Positions 1 through 10,700 of a stretch of DNA of 64,000 bases are shown in pieces. Under the pieces are notes generated by a model. It made no database searches and was not told where the DNA came from. It worked only from the letters and a program-made list of their open reading frames with translations. Positions within the stretch are counted from its first letter, which is position 1. Each line of letters opens with the position of its first letter. Position numbers and translations under genes: made by a program. Where the stretch lies: the NCBI GenBank assembly GCA_025358725.1, contig JANYIT010000353.1, positions 3,635 through 67,634 on the forward strand, given 5' to 3'. The DNA comes from Chamaesiphon sp. GL140_3_metabinner_129_sub. Its GTDB lineage: Bacteria > Cyanobacteriota > Cyanobacteriia > Cyanobacteriales > Chamaesiphonaceae.

Positions 1-2045
1 AAAGCAATGGACTGGACTATGGGCGAAAAACCAGAACCACAGTCACCTTCTCGATCGAACTAATTTCGGCTGGATCGACATATTACTATTCAGCAACAAC
101 GTTTTCAAATGTGATCGACCTTCCTTATGTCGATCCTTATTTTGCCAACGTAGTGTTCCAGGCTATTTTTGAAGGTGCAAATAACAGCACCATCTTTACA
201 GATGCTAAAGGTAATTTAATTAGTACTCGATCGGGTACGCCACGCATTAGTAATCTACAGTCGTTATTCAACAATGGCTCTTTGTATTTTGATGGCAGCA
301 GCTCACTAACTGTACCTGCTAGCCCTACTTTTGAATCGACCAATAAAGATTTTAGATGGGATATTGCGTTATATCCAACACTATTTTTAACTGGAATATC
401 ACAGGGAATACTAGATCATCGATCGGCTGCTGTAGCTCAAACCGAGTTTCTTAATATCCGCAACCAAGATGGGCTAGGCACAGTCGAACACTTTAACGGG
501 GCTACTCCTACTGTAATCCCTAAACTAAAACTTAATCAGTGGCAGGTTCTAAGTATTGAAAGATATCAAGGAATTAAAACCATCTATCTAGATGAGATCC
601 CGATTTATAGTGATGTTGATACTGCTAATTATGTCTATACAGGTAACTTAATTATCGGTGATATTGTTGATGTAGGTGGTGCCTTTAACGGTAGCTTTAC
701 AGGCTACATGCAGTACATCCGCAAAACAATCGGCACAGGACGCAAGCATGGTTATCAATCAGGCGCACAAACATTTAGTCGCTTTGATGATAGTGACCCA
801 CTAGAAGTATTTAAGGTGCTAGATATCAACTGTGATAGTGGCAGGATTGTTGATACAAAACTACACGTATTAAGTACTACTAATGCAACAATTGACAATA
901 CTAAAAAGAGAGCAGGTAGTAGTTCGATTGCTTTCTCTAATGGAGCAATCGATATTGCTGGTGGTACAGACTTTAACTTTGGTAGTTTACCTTACTCAAT
1001 CGAACTAGCAGTTAATATGACTGCTGTTGGTTTGAGTGGCGGACTAAACACTCCTAATAGTCAATACTTCTGTGACTTTGATGGAGGTACAACTTCATCT
1101 ATAATTTTTACAAGTAATGGCGGTTTAGCTCAATGGCAACTTGTAAATGCTAATGCAATTGCTACAGTATTTAATCAAACTCCTGTAGTAAATACTTGGT
1201 ACGATTTGGGGCTAAGTAAAGTGGACACGAAGTACCTGCTAATTCGTAATGGACAAATAGTTGCGGCTAGTAATAATGCGCCTACTACTGTAAACCTATC
1301 AACAATGCGACTGGGTAATTATCGCTCTAGCTTCGGTGCTGGAGTTGCAGGAAATCTAGACTCAATCAAAGTATATAAAGGTATCGCTAATGGTTCCAAC
1401 CTGACTCATAATTACCCCCTCCGATTCTTAGTTAGATTTGACGGTTCCGCTAATGATGAGCTGGGTGCGATCGCCACTGTAGTCGGCACCCCGCCCACAT
1501 ACGATACCGCCAACAAGCGATCGTTGGGCGCATCGGGACTGTTTAACGGGACTGGGTACTACACCTATCCGGCGATCGCGGCTTATAATCTGGGCGCGGG
1601 TGGATTTGAACTTGCGGGGTGGTTTAGAGCTTCAACAGTTCAGAACACTAACGCGGCAATTGCCGCTGGTGGAACTAGTGCTGGCACTTTTGATACCCAG
1701 TCGTGGATTTTGTACAACAATGTAAGTGGGCTTAGTTCTGTAAGTGGGCGGTCTACCACGGGTAAACTATCTCTCTTTGTTGCGGCGGTTTCAACAACTA
1801 ACGCGATTCTAGTTTCAACAACTTCCATCAACGATAATTTAGCGCACTACTGGAGAATAGTTAAGTACATTATTGGCTCTAGTGCAGTAACAGTATTAAT
1901 TGTTGACGGTAAAATCGAGGATGTCTACATCGGTGTCTATACAATTGCTGCAACAACGCGCAGTCTGACAATTGGGACAGAAGTTAACGCTGGTGGTAGG
2001 ATTTTTACGGGCAATCTAGACGACATTGCAATCTACAGGGCTTGA
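1..2045 (+). CDS. LamG/concanavalin-like repeat phage structural (fibre-like) protein, 5'-partial
   Basis: The frame is open from base 3, so the gene starts left of the window. About three LamG-like units (DPYFANVV...FTD; SLYFDGSS; F.G.LD.I.IY). Confidence 0.7.
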   Translation, partial: SNGLDYGRKTRTTVTFSIELISAGSTYYYSATTFSNVIDLPYVDPYFANVVFQAIFEGANNSTIFTDAKGNLISTRSGTPRISNLQSLFNNGSLYFDGSSSLTVPASPTFESTNKDFRWDIALYPTLFLTGISQGILDHRSAAVAQTEFLNIRNQDGLGTVEHFNGATPTVIPKLKLNQWQVLSIERYQGIKTIYLDEIPIYSDVDTANYVYTGNLIIGDIVDVGGAFNGSFTGYMQYIRKTIGTGRKHGYQSGAQTFSRFDDSDPLEVFKVLDINCDSGRIVDTKLHVLSTTNATIDNTKKRAGSSSIAFSNGAIDIAGGTDFNFGSLPYSIELAVNMTAVGLSGGLNTPNSQYFCDFDGGTTSSIIFTSNGGLAQWQLVNANAIATVFNQTPVVNTWYDLGLSKVDTKYLLIRNGQIVAASNNAPTTVNLSTMRLGNYRSSFGAGVAGNLDSIKVYKGIANGSNLTHNYPLRFLVRFDGSANDELGAIATVVGTPPTYDTANKRSLGASGLFNGTGYYTYPAIAAYNLGAGGFELAGWFRASTVQNTNAAIAAGGTSAGTFDTQSWILYNNVSGLSSVSGRSTTGKLSLFVAAVSTTNAILVSTTSINDNLAHYWRIVKYIIGSSAVTVLIVDGKIEDVYIGVYTIAATTRSLTIGTEVNAGGRIFTGNLDDIAIYRA

Positions 2046-2102
2046 TTTGAATAGCTTTAACTAGACAGACGGGAATTCCCAATTTTTTGATAAAAACTGA
2101 TA

Positions 2103-2435
2103 ATGTTTACCCAAGCCGATCGATCTGCCATCTGGCAAGTTTTAGATTTACCACGCTCTGAGAAACCCGTTGTATTTGCGTTACTAGATGCAGTTGAAGT
2201 TGAAGGGATCGAGCTAGAGAATCAGTGTCTCGAAGTCCTAGCTAAAATCAAAGCCACCCGCACGGCTCTCGCTAACCAGGGAGACAAACAGGCTGGGTTA
2301 AAAGTGGCAGATGTGCTGGAATTCGACCCGATCATCCGCCAATGTCAATTGCGTGGCAGTAGAGTTGCGCTCAAGCGAGAGTTAGCACGGCTGATTGATT
2401 ACCCCTTGCCAGATATTCGGATTACGGCTTTTTGA
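2103..2435 (+). CDS. putative head-tail adaptor protein
   Basis: 110 aa; LKVADVLEF motif; position before tail genes. Confidence 0.45.
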   Translation: MFTQADRSAIWQVLDLPRSEKPVVFALLDAVEVEGIELENQCLEVLAKIKATRTALANQGDKQAGLKVADVLEFDPIIRQCQLRGSRVALKRELARLIDYPLPDIRITAF

Positions 2436-2833
2436 AAATGTCAATTTCACTACTTGATGGACTGCTAAATAATGCCTCTCTCACTTTCCAAATCGGCAGC
2501 GGGACAATTACCACCGACTTAGAGACGGGGAATCCGATCGAATCAACCATCCCCATCACCATCTCCTGCAAACTCGACCAACGCAAAGAGCCAAACTATG
2601 ACCCAGCCAGAACCCAGCCGCAGAATCTACCAGGGATTTATATGGAGGGATACGCGATCGATCCGGCAATTATTCCCACCTCGATCGCTCGTGATGCGGT
2701 GGCTACGGCGAACATCAATGGGCTGACTGGTAAATTTCACATGGTGCCGAAGATGCAGCTAGCAGCCTTGGAGGTATTGGGATTTACCGAGCTAACTGGA
2801 CAGAGAATCTGTGGGTATTTTCAAATTAATTAG
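2432..2833 (+). CDS. putative head-closure/head-tail joining protein
   Basis: Coupled to the previous gene; D.ETGNPI motif; synteny. Confidence 0.45.
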   Translation: MKMSISLLDGLLNNASLTFQIGSGTITTDLETGNPIESTIPITISCKLDQRKEPNYDPARTQPQNLPGIYMEGYAIDPAIIPTSIARDAVATANINGLTGKFHMVPKMQLAALEVLGFTELTGQRICGYFQIN

Positions 2834-2865
2834 GTGTTTGGCGGAGCCAGTGCCTGGGAAAATCG

Positions 2866-2923
2866 TGATATAGTTGATGTGCCCCTCGCGAGAGAGAATT
2901 GAAGGTTCTCGATCTCCAGAGGC
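2866..2923 (+). promoter_or_regulatory. extended -10 (TGATATAGT) plus structured leader, copy 1
   Basis: GCCCCT-CGC-GAGA-GAGAA-TTGAAGG-TTCTC-GA-TCTC-C-AGAGGC; same architecture as 19140-19184 and 21209-21252. Confidence 0.65.
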
Positions 2924-2953
2924 GGTAAACCCTAAGTACAATAGGAATCACAA

Positions 2954-3748
2954 ATGAATTCTAGCACGAGCATGTTGGTCATTTCGACCAACCCAGATAC
3001 GAATATTTCTGCCTATGTCGATGAAAGCACTGGCGAAGCTTTCATGACGGATAGTTTGATTTGCGATATTCTTGGCATCCATCACCAATCTCTTGACGCT
3101 ATCGTCAACAAGCAAGGGGTGCGAAACTATGTAGATAAGTACCCTCAAGTGCTTACCATTGGGGGGCTTCAAGGGGTGCGAAGTTTGCGGAAAGCGTCCG
3201 ATTTGCGAATCGTCTTGAAAGCTTGGAACCCGACATCAGAAGCAAGCAAGGAACGCAAGGAATCGATTCAAGACCAGTTAATGGAGGCAGGGGCGATCGC
3301 CTACGTCTACAATTTGTGTGGGTACTCGATGGCTGTCAAGTCAAACGCTTCGACAGAAATCTTTAGTGAAGCAGCGATAGTCTTGCAAAGTTATGGGCTG
3401 CGGATTGCTAGTCTCGAATCTATGATTACTAGCCTATTGCAAAACAACTCAAGACTTCTGAATATTGTTGAGGATCAAGCAGCTCGGCTGGAGATGCAGG
3501 AAAATGAAATCGATTTGCTGAAGAACTTGCCGCGCCGATCGGGTGAAGAAATTCGGATGGCGATCGCCGAAATTCTAGACGACCCAGAGCGCGAACATTT
3601 CAGCAACATCAAAATTGCTGCAATCTGCCGATGTAGCGAGTCGATGGTGCGGAAATTTAAAGACGAACGAAACGGAAAATTCCGCGACGATGACAACAAT
3701 TTTGAAGTTCAGGTCAAAGTTAAAATCCCCAATCCCTGGAAAAAATAG
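2954..3748 (+). CDS. antirepressor-like DNA-binding moron protein (coiled coil, C-terminal HTH)
   Basis: C-terminal SNIKIAAICRCSESMVRKF HTH-like segment; own promoter and terminator. Confidence 0.55.
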   Translation: MNSSTSMLVISTNPDTNISAYVDESTGEAFMTDSLICDILGIHHQSLDAIVNKQGVRNYVDKYPQVLTIGGLQGVRSLRKASDLRIVLKAWNPTSEASKERKESIQDQLMEAGAIAYVYNLCGYSMAVKSNASTEIFSEAAIVLQSYGLRIASLESMITSLLQNNSRLLNIVEDQAARLEMQENEIDLLKNLPRRSGEEIRMAIAEILDDPEREHFSNIKIAAICRCSESMVRKFKDERNGKFRDDDNNFEVQVKVKIPNPWKK

Positions 3749-3885
3749 TATTGACACGAATCATGTCAGTTATGACGAGTTCTTGTTCAAAATTCTTCAA
3801 GTGCTTATGCGGCAAAGAGTTGGCACTTATGACGAGTTCTGTATACAAAAACGTAACAGTCCTTCGAGATAACTAGATCCTTATT

Positions 3886-3920
3886 AACGACAGCCTCCCC
3901 AGTAGGCTGTCGTTTTTTTT
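3886..3920 (+). terminator. intrinsic terminator
   Basis: AACGACAGCCT...AGGCTGTCGTT followed by a T run. Confidence 0.8.
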
Positions 3921-3936
3921 GTGCGAAACCGCACCC

Positions 3937-4380
3937 ATGGTCATGTTTAAGATCGATCGAACCAAAATTCATACCGCTGTCAAACTTGCCCTAGCCGACA
4001 CAGTAGGTGCTGCCGATCTAGCATTTACCAAAGCGATCGAGAGCAAAAAATACGACTGGCCCAACCAGACGCAAAGGCAGAATGGCACTCTAGCAGGTAG
4101 CCCTAGAGACATAGTAGATTTGGGCAATCTGCGTGATTCGCAAGTCCATAGTCGAGTTGATGATTTTAGCTGGCAGTTTACCTGGGGAGTAGACTATGCA
4201 GCTCTAAATCATGAGGGTGGAGTTACCGAGCGGGGTAAGTTTCACCCTTCTCGACCTTGGACTTGCTACGGGATTAAGGGAGATAGTTCGGCACCATTGC
4301 GCTACCAGCGTCCAGGTGCTGAACTAGATATCCCCTTCTACTTCGCCAAACAGTTCAAACTTTATGCCCGATCTTACTAG
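3937..4380 (+). CDS. HK97 gp10-like / virion morphogenesis tail-completion protein
   Basis: SPRDIVDLGNLRDS and YAALNHEG motifs; ATG 3937 preferred over the TTG inside the terminator. Confidence 0.7.
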   Translation: MVMFKIDRTKIHTAVKLALADTVGAADLAFTKAIESKKYDWPNQTQRQNGTLAGSPRDIVDLGNLRDSQVHSRVDDFSWQFTWGVDYAALNHEGGVTERGKFHPSRPWTCYGIKGDSSAPLRYQRPGAELDIPFYFAKQFKLYARSY

Positions 4381-4778
4381 TGGATTTTAGTACACCAGCT
4401 CAACTACGTCAGCAGTTAATCACCGCGCTTGGGACTGAGTTGGGTACCTACACCACCGGATCTGGGCAGGTGTTGCCCGCGATCGTTACCATCGTCGATC
4501 CCAACTCTAAACCTGTGCATGAGTGGGTGGTAAATGGGCTGCAATGCCTGATTTACTATCCGTTGGCTAAAGGTGTCCCAGTGTTTGGCGGTGCCTGCAT
4601 TCGGGAAGAATTCCAGATCCGCTTAATTCAGCACGACAGATCGAAGACGTGCAACCTCGCCTATCGTCGTATCCTCAGCATTCATCCTGATTGCCAAGTG
4701 CAATCACAACTACCCCAAACCAGCATCATTTTCGAGCAGTGGAACCTAGTCATACCTCAATTTTCTAAACTTAATTAG
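4380..4778 (+). CDS. putative tail terminator protein
   Basis: 132 aa; synteny between the gp10-like and tail tube genes. Confidence 0.5.
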   Translation: MDFSTPAQLRQQLITALGTELGTYTTGSGQVLPAIVTIVDPNSKPVHEWVVNGLQCLIYYPLAKGVPVFGGACIREEFQIRLIQHDRSKTCNLAYRRILSIHPDCQVQSQLPQTSIIFEQWNLVIPQFSKLN

Positions 4779-5352
4779 TAGTTGGAAATAGACATTTCCA
4801 AGCATTTCCGTATTGATGCCAGCGTCTCCTCATCGTACGTTGAGAAACCGCACCTAATTCAGCTAATTCTGTAATATTTAACGGGATATATCCGATTTCT
4901 ATTTTTGTAGATCTTTCTTGGTTGTTCATATTTTCTTTTCTAGTAACCCATCGGCAATTATCGGAGGAATAACCTTTGTTATTATCAATTCGATCCAGCT
5001 CTTTTCCATCTGGTCGATCGCCCATATCTTCGTAGAAGTTCTCGAATTTCTGCCATCGATCGCATACAGTAATCCCCCGACCACCATACCTATTCCAGTC
5101 GTTATTATTTGGGTTCGTACATCTTCCTTTCATCGACTTCCATGTTCTATGTATTGGCGTTCCACTCATTCCGTGAGTTGTCGAACGCTCGTTCAAAACA
5201 AGTATTCTTAGGCAGCCGCAAGAAGCTGTATCGCCCGATCTCAGGCTGTATTTTAGATAAGTTTTGATGGTTCCGCACGTACAACGAGCGACAACTCTAG
5301 TATGTACTCCAATCCTTGGTGATTCACCTAATATTTTTAAACTGTATTCCAC
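4771..5352 (-). CDS. phage HNH homing endonuclease
   Basis: C.CG...SCGC, W.SMK.RC, YGGRGITVC.RW, LDRIDNNKGY..DNCRW motifs. Confidence 0.9.
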   Translation of the reverse strand: MEYSLKILGESPRIGVHTRVVARCTCGTIKTYLKYSLRSGDTASCGCLRILVLNERSTTHGMSGTPIHRTWKSMKGRCTNPNNNDWNRYGGRGITVCDRWQKFENFYEDMGDRPDGKELDRIDNNKGYSSDNCRWVTRKENMNNQERSTKIEIGYIPLNITELAELGAVSQRTMRRRWHQYGNAWKCLFPTTN

Positions 5353-5511
5353 AACCTTAAAAGCTAATTTACCCCTCTATTTTAACGCATCAATATTATT
5401 GAAATAACGAATATTTGGCTGAATCTTTAGTGTTATTTTGCACCCTAGAGCAAAATCTTGGATAGACCTAGTATTGAGATTATACCTATGGGATTTTAAA
5501 GATATACTACA

Positions 5512-6069
5512 ATGTCCGACGTGAAACTTTTCAAAGGAATTGATTTGATCGTCAAGGTTGGGGATATGACGGGTGTTACGACTACTCCCAGCATCGCCAC
5601 CACCACGCCGATTGTGGGTCATGCTTACCCAATTATTACCTTCGCCAACGAACCCACTCTATTGATTGTGCCAACGGGCAAACAATTTGGTCTGAACCGC
5701 GATAAACAAGGTCAGAGAATCTACTGTTTCGGTTCTTCGGAGAACGGGCAAGAGATCGAAACCAACGGGATGGTATCCGGTAACTTATCCGCATACATGG
5801 CTCGATCGGCTGCTGATGATAAATTACTCGATCCAGCGATCGCAATTCTCAGACGTGCAGGCGAGACTCTCAACCGTCAGGTATACGTCAAAGAATACCG
5901 CCCAATGGCACCTGCGGGGGCTGGTTTGTATCGTTACCTGGTTAAATCTTGTATTGCCAACATTAAATCCAAGCAAGAGCAACAAGCCGAAGGTAACGTA
6001 ATCGAGATCCCATTTGAAATCATGGGGATTGGCGACCTGTTTAGTGGCTACGAAGACGTAGCAATCTAG
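5512..6069 (+). CDS. probable major tail tube protein
   Basis: 185 aa; beta-rich C-terminus (GNVIEIPFEIMGIG); lies upstream of the chaperone and tape measure. Confidence 0.6.
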   Translation: MSDVKLFKGIDLIVKVGDMTGVTTTPSIATTTPIVGHAYPIITFANEPTLLIVPTGKQFGLNRDKQGQRIYCFGSSENGQEIETNGMVSGNLSAYMARSAADDKLLDPAIAILRRAGETLNRQVYVKEYRPMAPAGAGLYRYLVKSCIANIKSKQEQQAEGNVIEIPFEIMGIGDLFSGYEDVAI

Positions 6070-6140
6070 GTTTGAGGCATGTCTCCGTAATTGATTACGG
6101 AGACATCACTATTCACCATTCACCATCTTTCTATCCACTA

Positions 6141-6500
6141 ATGGCAAAAGAACCGATCGTCCTCAGAAATGCTGCCAGCGACCAGCAAGCGCGGGCAAAT
6201 GCAGCAAACTCAATGGTACTCAGAAATGCAGAGTACAACACTGATTATCCAGGTGCTGACACCACACCAATCATCACATCTCCTCTCGCCGCTGCTGTTA
6301 GCTCTACCATCACTGGTACAGGTATCGCAGGTGCAACAATCACACCTTATTTTAGTGCTGCATTCAGTAGAGCGTTTACTGTTCCGGTTAGCGGTATCTG
6401 GACATTTGTTACTGGTGCAGTTGCTGATTCCTATACCTTCACCCAAGTAGTAACAGGTCAGCCTGTTAGCTCAGTCTCTAGAGCTGTAGTTACCAGCTAA
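6141..6500 (+). CDS. small Ig-like structural protein
   Basis: P.ITSP...TITGTG.AGATIT...G.WTF bacterial Ig-like pattern; ATG 6141. Confidence 0.5.
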   Translation: MAKEPIVLRNAASDQQARANAANSMVLRNAEYNTDYPGADTTPIITSPLAAAVSSTITGTGIAGATITPYFSAAFSRAFTVPVSGIWTFVTGAVADSYTFTQVVTGQPVSSVSRAVVTS

Positions 6501-6505
6501 TCATC

Positions 6506-6739
6506 GTGCAATTTGACCTACTAGAAGGCGATCGAATCACCGGAATTAATTGCACCCTCAATCCCGACAATAGTTTGTTGTGTGGACTGCTATGTCTCGA
6601 TCGCTTTGCTAAGTCTCCAGTCACTATCGATGTTGGTGGTCGATCGATTTCCTATGATTTACCACCACATTTAGCCATCCAACCATCTACCAATTTCGTC
6701 GCAGACTTAAAATTGTATGAGCACATTTCCCCAAGCTGA
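6506..6739 (+). CDS. hypothetical phage protein
   Basis: ORF in the operon overlapping the next gene. Confidence 0.5.
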   Translation: MQFDLLEGDRITGINCTLNPDNSLLCGLLCLDRFAKSPVTIDVGGRSISYDLPPHLAIQPSTNFVADLKLYEHISPS

Positions 6740-7331
6740 AACCGTCAATATCGAAGGCTTTGAACTGAGAAAACTGGGATGTCTCACTCCCACTGAAGAA
6801 CGTTGGTTTGAGGAAACGATCGATTCGCTCCAACGCCAACAAGCGCAACGGATGCTAGCCACAGTCGATCTGTACGTCGCAGAAGGTGCAACTGAAGCCG
6901 AAGGGTTTGAGTATGCCAATAATGTCTATGCAGTACCCAAGGAGCGGGAATTGTGGCTGATTCGGGTAAGTGAAAAACTCCGCCAACAATTTGATGATGA
7001 AGGGATCGTGCTAGAGATTCCTGGCAACGTGGAAGTTGCTAGCTTTTTTGTCGAACAACGAGCTAAGAAAAGCTGGTTGGAAGCGGCGCGGACTGGATTA
7101 GAAGACGCTTATGAAATTCAGGTTGGTGAGTACGGCTGGACGAAAGAGAATACTGAGCGGCTCCCAGTTACAGTCATCGAAAAGATTGCTGAATTTGCCT
7201 ACTCGGAGCGCAATCGGTGGGCAGTAGCGGCATCAACTGAAGAGGGAGAAACGATTGAAAAAAAATCAAGTCCCTCCGCGCCTGGTGCGCCAGAGAAAAC
7301 ACCGACTGGGAAGCCATCTACTGGCGGCTGA
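6717..7331 (+). CDS. tail assembly chaperone (gpG-like)
   Basis: Directly upstream of the tape measure; slippery GAA AAA AAA near its end. Confidence 0.75.
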   Translation: MSTFPQAETVNIEGFELRKLGCLTPTEERWFEETIDSLQRQQAQRMLATVDLYVAEGATEAEGFEYANNVYAVPKERELWLIRVSEKLRQQFDDEGIVLEIPGNVEVASFFVEQRAKKSWLEAARTGLEDAYEIQVGEYGWTKENTERLPVTVIEKIAEFAYSERNRWAVAASTEEGETIEKKSSPSAPGAPEKTPTGKPSTGG

Positions 7332-7699
7332 GTCTAGCAAGATTACCCGATCCGCGTTGGCATTGGGATAGTTTTTGGAATCTCCCGATTACTCAGATCG
7401 AACGGGCACTGACTGAGATCGATAAACAGTACCAGGAAGATGCAAATGTTCAATCGATTTCAGTTGCCAAATTAACCAGCCTGATTAGTGCGATGTTTGG
7501 AGGAGATGGGATCGCACCGTGCGAGTTTGTCCCCTTCCCTCATCTGCTCAAAACTGAGGAGGATGCAGGTAGTTTGGACATCAGCAAATCTACCGCTGTG
7601 ATTTTCTTCAGGTTGGTGGACGCTGGTAAAATCCCGAATCCGATCCTCGCCGATCTCGCCCCACTCCTCCCAGCTTGGCGGCGCAAAATTGAATCCTAA
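6717..7699 (+). CDS. tail assembly chaperone G-T fusion via -1 frameshift at 7259-7265
   Basis: The -1 frame after A AAA AAA is stop-free (IKSLRAWCARENTDWEAIYWRL...) and runs into ORF 7493-7699. Confidence 0.8.
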
Positions 7700-7768
7700 T
7701 CTTACCGCCAAAGCCTTGAGCCAAGGCGGTTTTTGATTGCTTTACACCTTACTTTACACTTTCCCAAA

Positions 7769-10700
7769 ATGGCAGATCTAGGTGCTTTAAATTTAATCCT
7801 CGGCGCAGACTTATCCCCTCTAGAAGCTAGTTTGGGTAGAGCTGATGAGTTGATTAATCGATCGGCTATTCAGATGCAGAAGTCATTTGGAAAGCCGTTT
7901 AAATTCAAGGTAGAGGTGGGGGATTTAGCCGTCCAGCTTACCCAGGCTGAGGGAGTGGTAGATCGATCGATCCGCCAGGTGCGAAGTCTTGTCCGGCAGC
8001 CGATTAAATTTAATCTTGAGACTGGGGAATTAAACGTTCAGTTGACTGAAGCTGAGGCTTTAATCAATCGATCGATCCAAGACATCAAAGCGATGGATCG
8101 ATCGATCGCTTTCAATCTTTCGGTGAGGGGATTAGATGATGTTGAGGGATTGGTGGCTCGATCGATCCAACAGATGTCAGCCCTTTCTAATTCGGTTCTA
8201 ACCGTCCAAGTTGATGACAAACGACTAACTGAGCTTAACCAGCATTTAGACGCGAAACAGGCGCATTATGCACGGGTTCAGCAGCAATTCGCCACACCCT
8301 TAAAGCTGTTGGTAGATGATAGTCAGTTGACTGTTCTCAATCAACATTTGACGGGGATGGAACAACATCTGAGTAGTGTGGCGGGTAAATTTGCGGCAAC
8401 TAAACTTACACCCACGATCGATCTAACTAATCTGAATTTACTCGATCGAAGGTTGAATGGTTCGATCGACAATCTCAATCGCACGCAATCAGCATTTAGT
8501 CGTCCGATCGTTACCAATGTAGACACTCGACAGTTATTGCAATTAGAGGATTTACTCGATCGAGTTGAACGCCCACACAAATTACGATTAGATTTACCCG
8601 ATACCATTGGCGGACTGACTAGCGCGATCGGTAAATTAGCACTCAGTCCGGTTACTATACCGCTTAAAATTGCCCAAAATTCACTAGAAGGAATTTTCAG
8701 AGGCATGACTGAAGGATTGGGGCGAGAATTATCGCGTAATTTTTCTAAAGGGTTCTCGACTTCGATCGAGCAATTTATCACCAAAAAGACGGGAATGTCT
8801 ACCACGGAAATGGGGGCGCAATCCGGTAAATACGTCGCCACCAGAAGCAAAATCGGCGCGGAATACATCTCGCAGGAATTGGGCTATAAAGACGGGTTGC
8901 GGGGAGTTGGTAGCGACCTTAAAGCAGCGGGGACTAGTGTTGACAGTGTGCTCAAAAATCCCCGTCGAGCGGTTAGAAAAATTGAAAACAAGCTAGTCGA
9001 AGCACTGGAATATTATCAAGAAGGCGAAACCGATAAGGCGATGAATGTCGTCACCGAAAGTTTTGCCCCAATGGGGAAACTTGCCAGACGTGCTGCGGGT
9101 GTAGGAATTAGAGCCGCAGCCCAACCGATTCGGATTCGGAATCGGGCGATGCTCAAAGGTAAGGAAGCCGAGGCTCAAGAATTAGCCAAAAACATGCAGA
9201 TCGAGGGATACGATCGAGAAGCGGCAGATAAAGCCGATGCGATTCATATCGTCACTGGTGGGTTGGATTTCAACAATGGTGAAAACGCTCACTTTGCAGG
9301 CGGCTTGCTCAAGCAACAATATCCAAAAGCCCACACCATTACCCATGTCAACAAAGCGATGAACCAACCCGTTAAGCGCGGGGAAGGCGTGGTCGGCGGC
9401 ATGATGGGAATGATGGAGCAACTCCAAAAAATGGGGGGTAAGGAAGGCAAAATTGGTGATATGCCAATTCAGAAACTTGCGGAAATGGCGATCGATCTTG
9501 GCTACAATCCCGATGGTTTAGAAATGTACGCCAAAGCAGTAAAAATCCGGCAAGCTCACCCAGATAAACCGATTAACTTCATGGGTACGTCTGGCGGTGT
9601 TGATGCGGTTAATTACGCTACAGCCCTAGCCGAACGTGCTGGCATGAAAAATGTCAAAGGTGTCGGGTTGGGACTGCCCATGACCAACCTTACAGAACTA
9701 GCTAGTAAACGCAACTTTCAAAGTATTGTCGGAACACTCGACGATCTCGATATTGGCTATCACAACACTGATTTTCTCGGAGCAAAACGTAAATCCGATC
9801 CCGCATCTATGGCGGAAATCAAGAAACTAAAAGATGAGAAGTTCCCATTTGACATGTCGGGAATGTTTTCCGTTGGCAAAACGCAGCGGCATATTCTCGA
9901 TGGTGGTAAGGGTCATGCGATCGGTAACAGCTATCTCGGTAACGATAATGTGATGGGGGCGGTGAATGATTTCATCACCAGACCAAATAGCCCACGTCCA
10001 GAGATTAGATCTGATATCAAAGATGCAGCTAGTTTAAATAACTTTTATGCCGATAAGTTTAATGCCAAACGCAAAGAAATCCCGCTAACGATTGCTGCGC
10101 TATATAAAGATCCAAAAGCATTAGCGCGAATTGAAGCCGATCCTAATGGTAAAACCGGAGATTATACTTACTTTTCTCCAGCAAACAAGAACCATGATGG
10201 TGATTGGCTCAGAATCAACGAGTTTGATGGATTAATCAAAGATGTTCGTGGTCAGGATATTGAAGGTAGAAGTGAAAAGGCAAACTCAGAATCTAAAAAG
10301 AAAGGTCTAGATAAATTTATTGAAAGCCGACGAAAAAAAGCGGCTAAACAAGGCACGACATCAGTTGTTGCCGAACATGCGGCTGGTTGGCTGGACTACC
10401 TCGATCTGATGAAAGGCGGGATGGAGGAATACGGTAAAACGGGTGCGATGCCATATGACACACTGCAAAAAGGAGCTGAATATTACCCAGAATTGCGCCC
10501 ATTAGCCAGACGGGAACAGCATAAGCAAGAGGTGATGAAGAATCCAGCTTTAACGCCTTATGGCATGGAAAATGAGCGGAAATACATCGACCAGATTTAT
10601 GCTAGTGGCGATATCAAGAAAATTAATGAATATCGATCGAATCAGAAGTTAGTTCCGATCGATAACAACTATGGCTACAAAGATGCTCTAGCCACACCAG

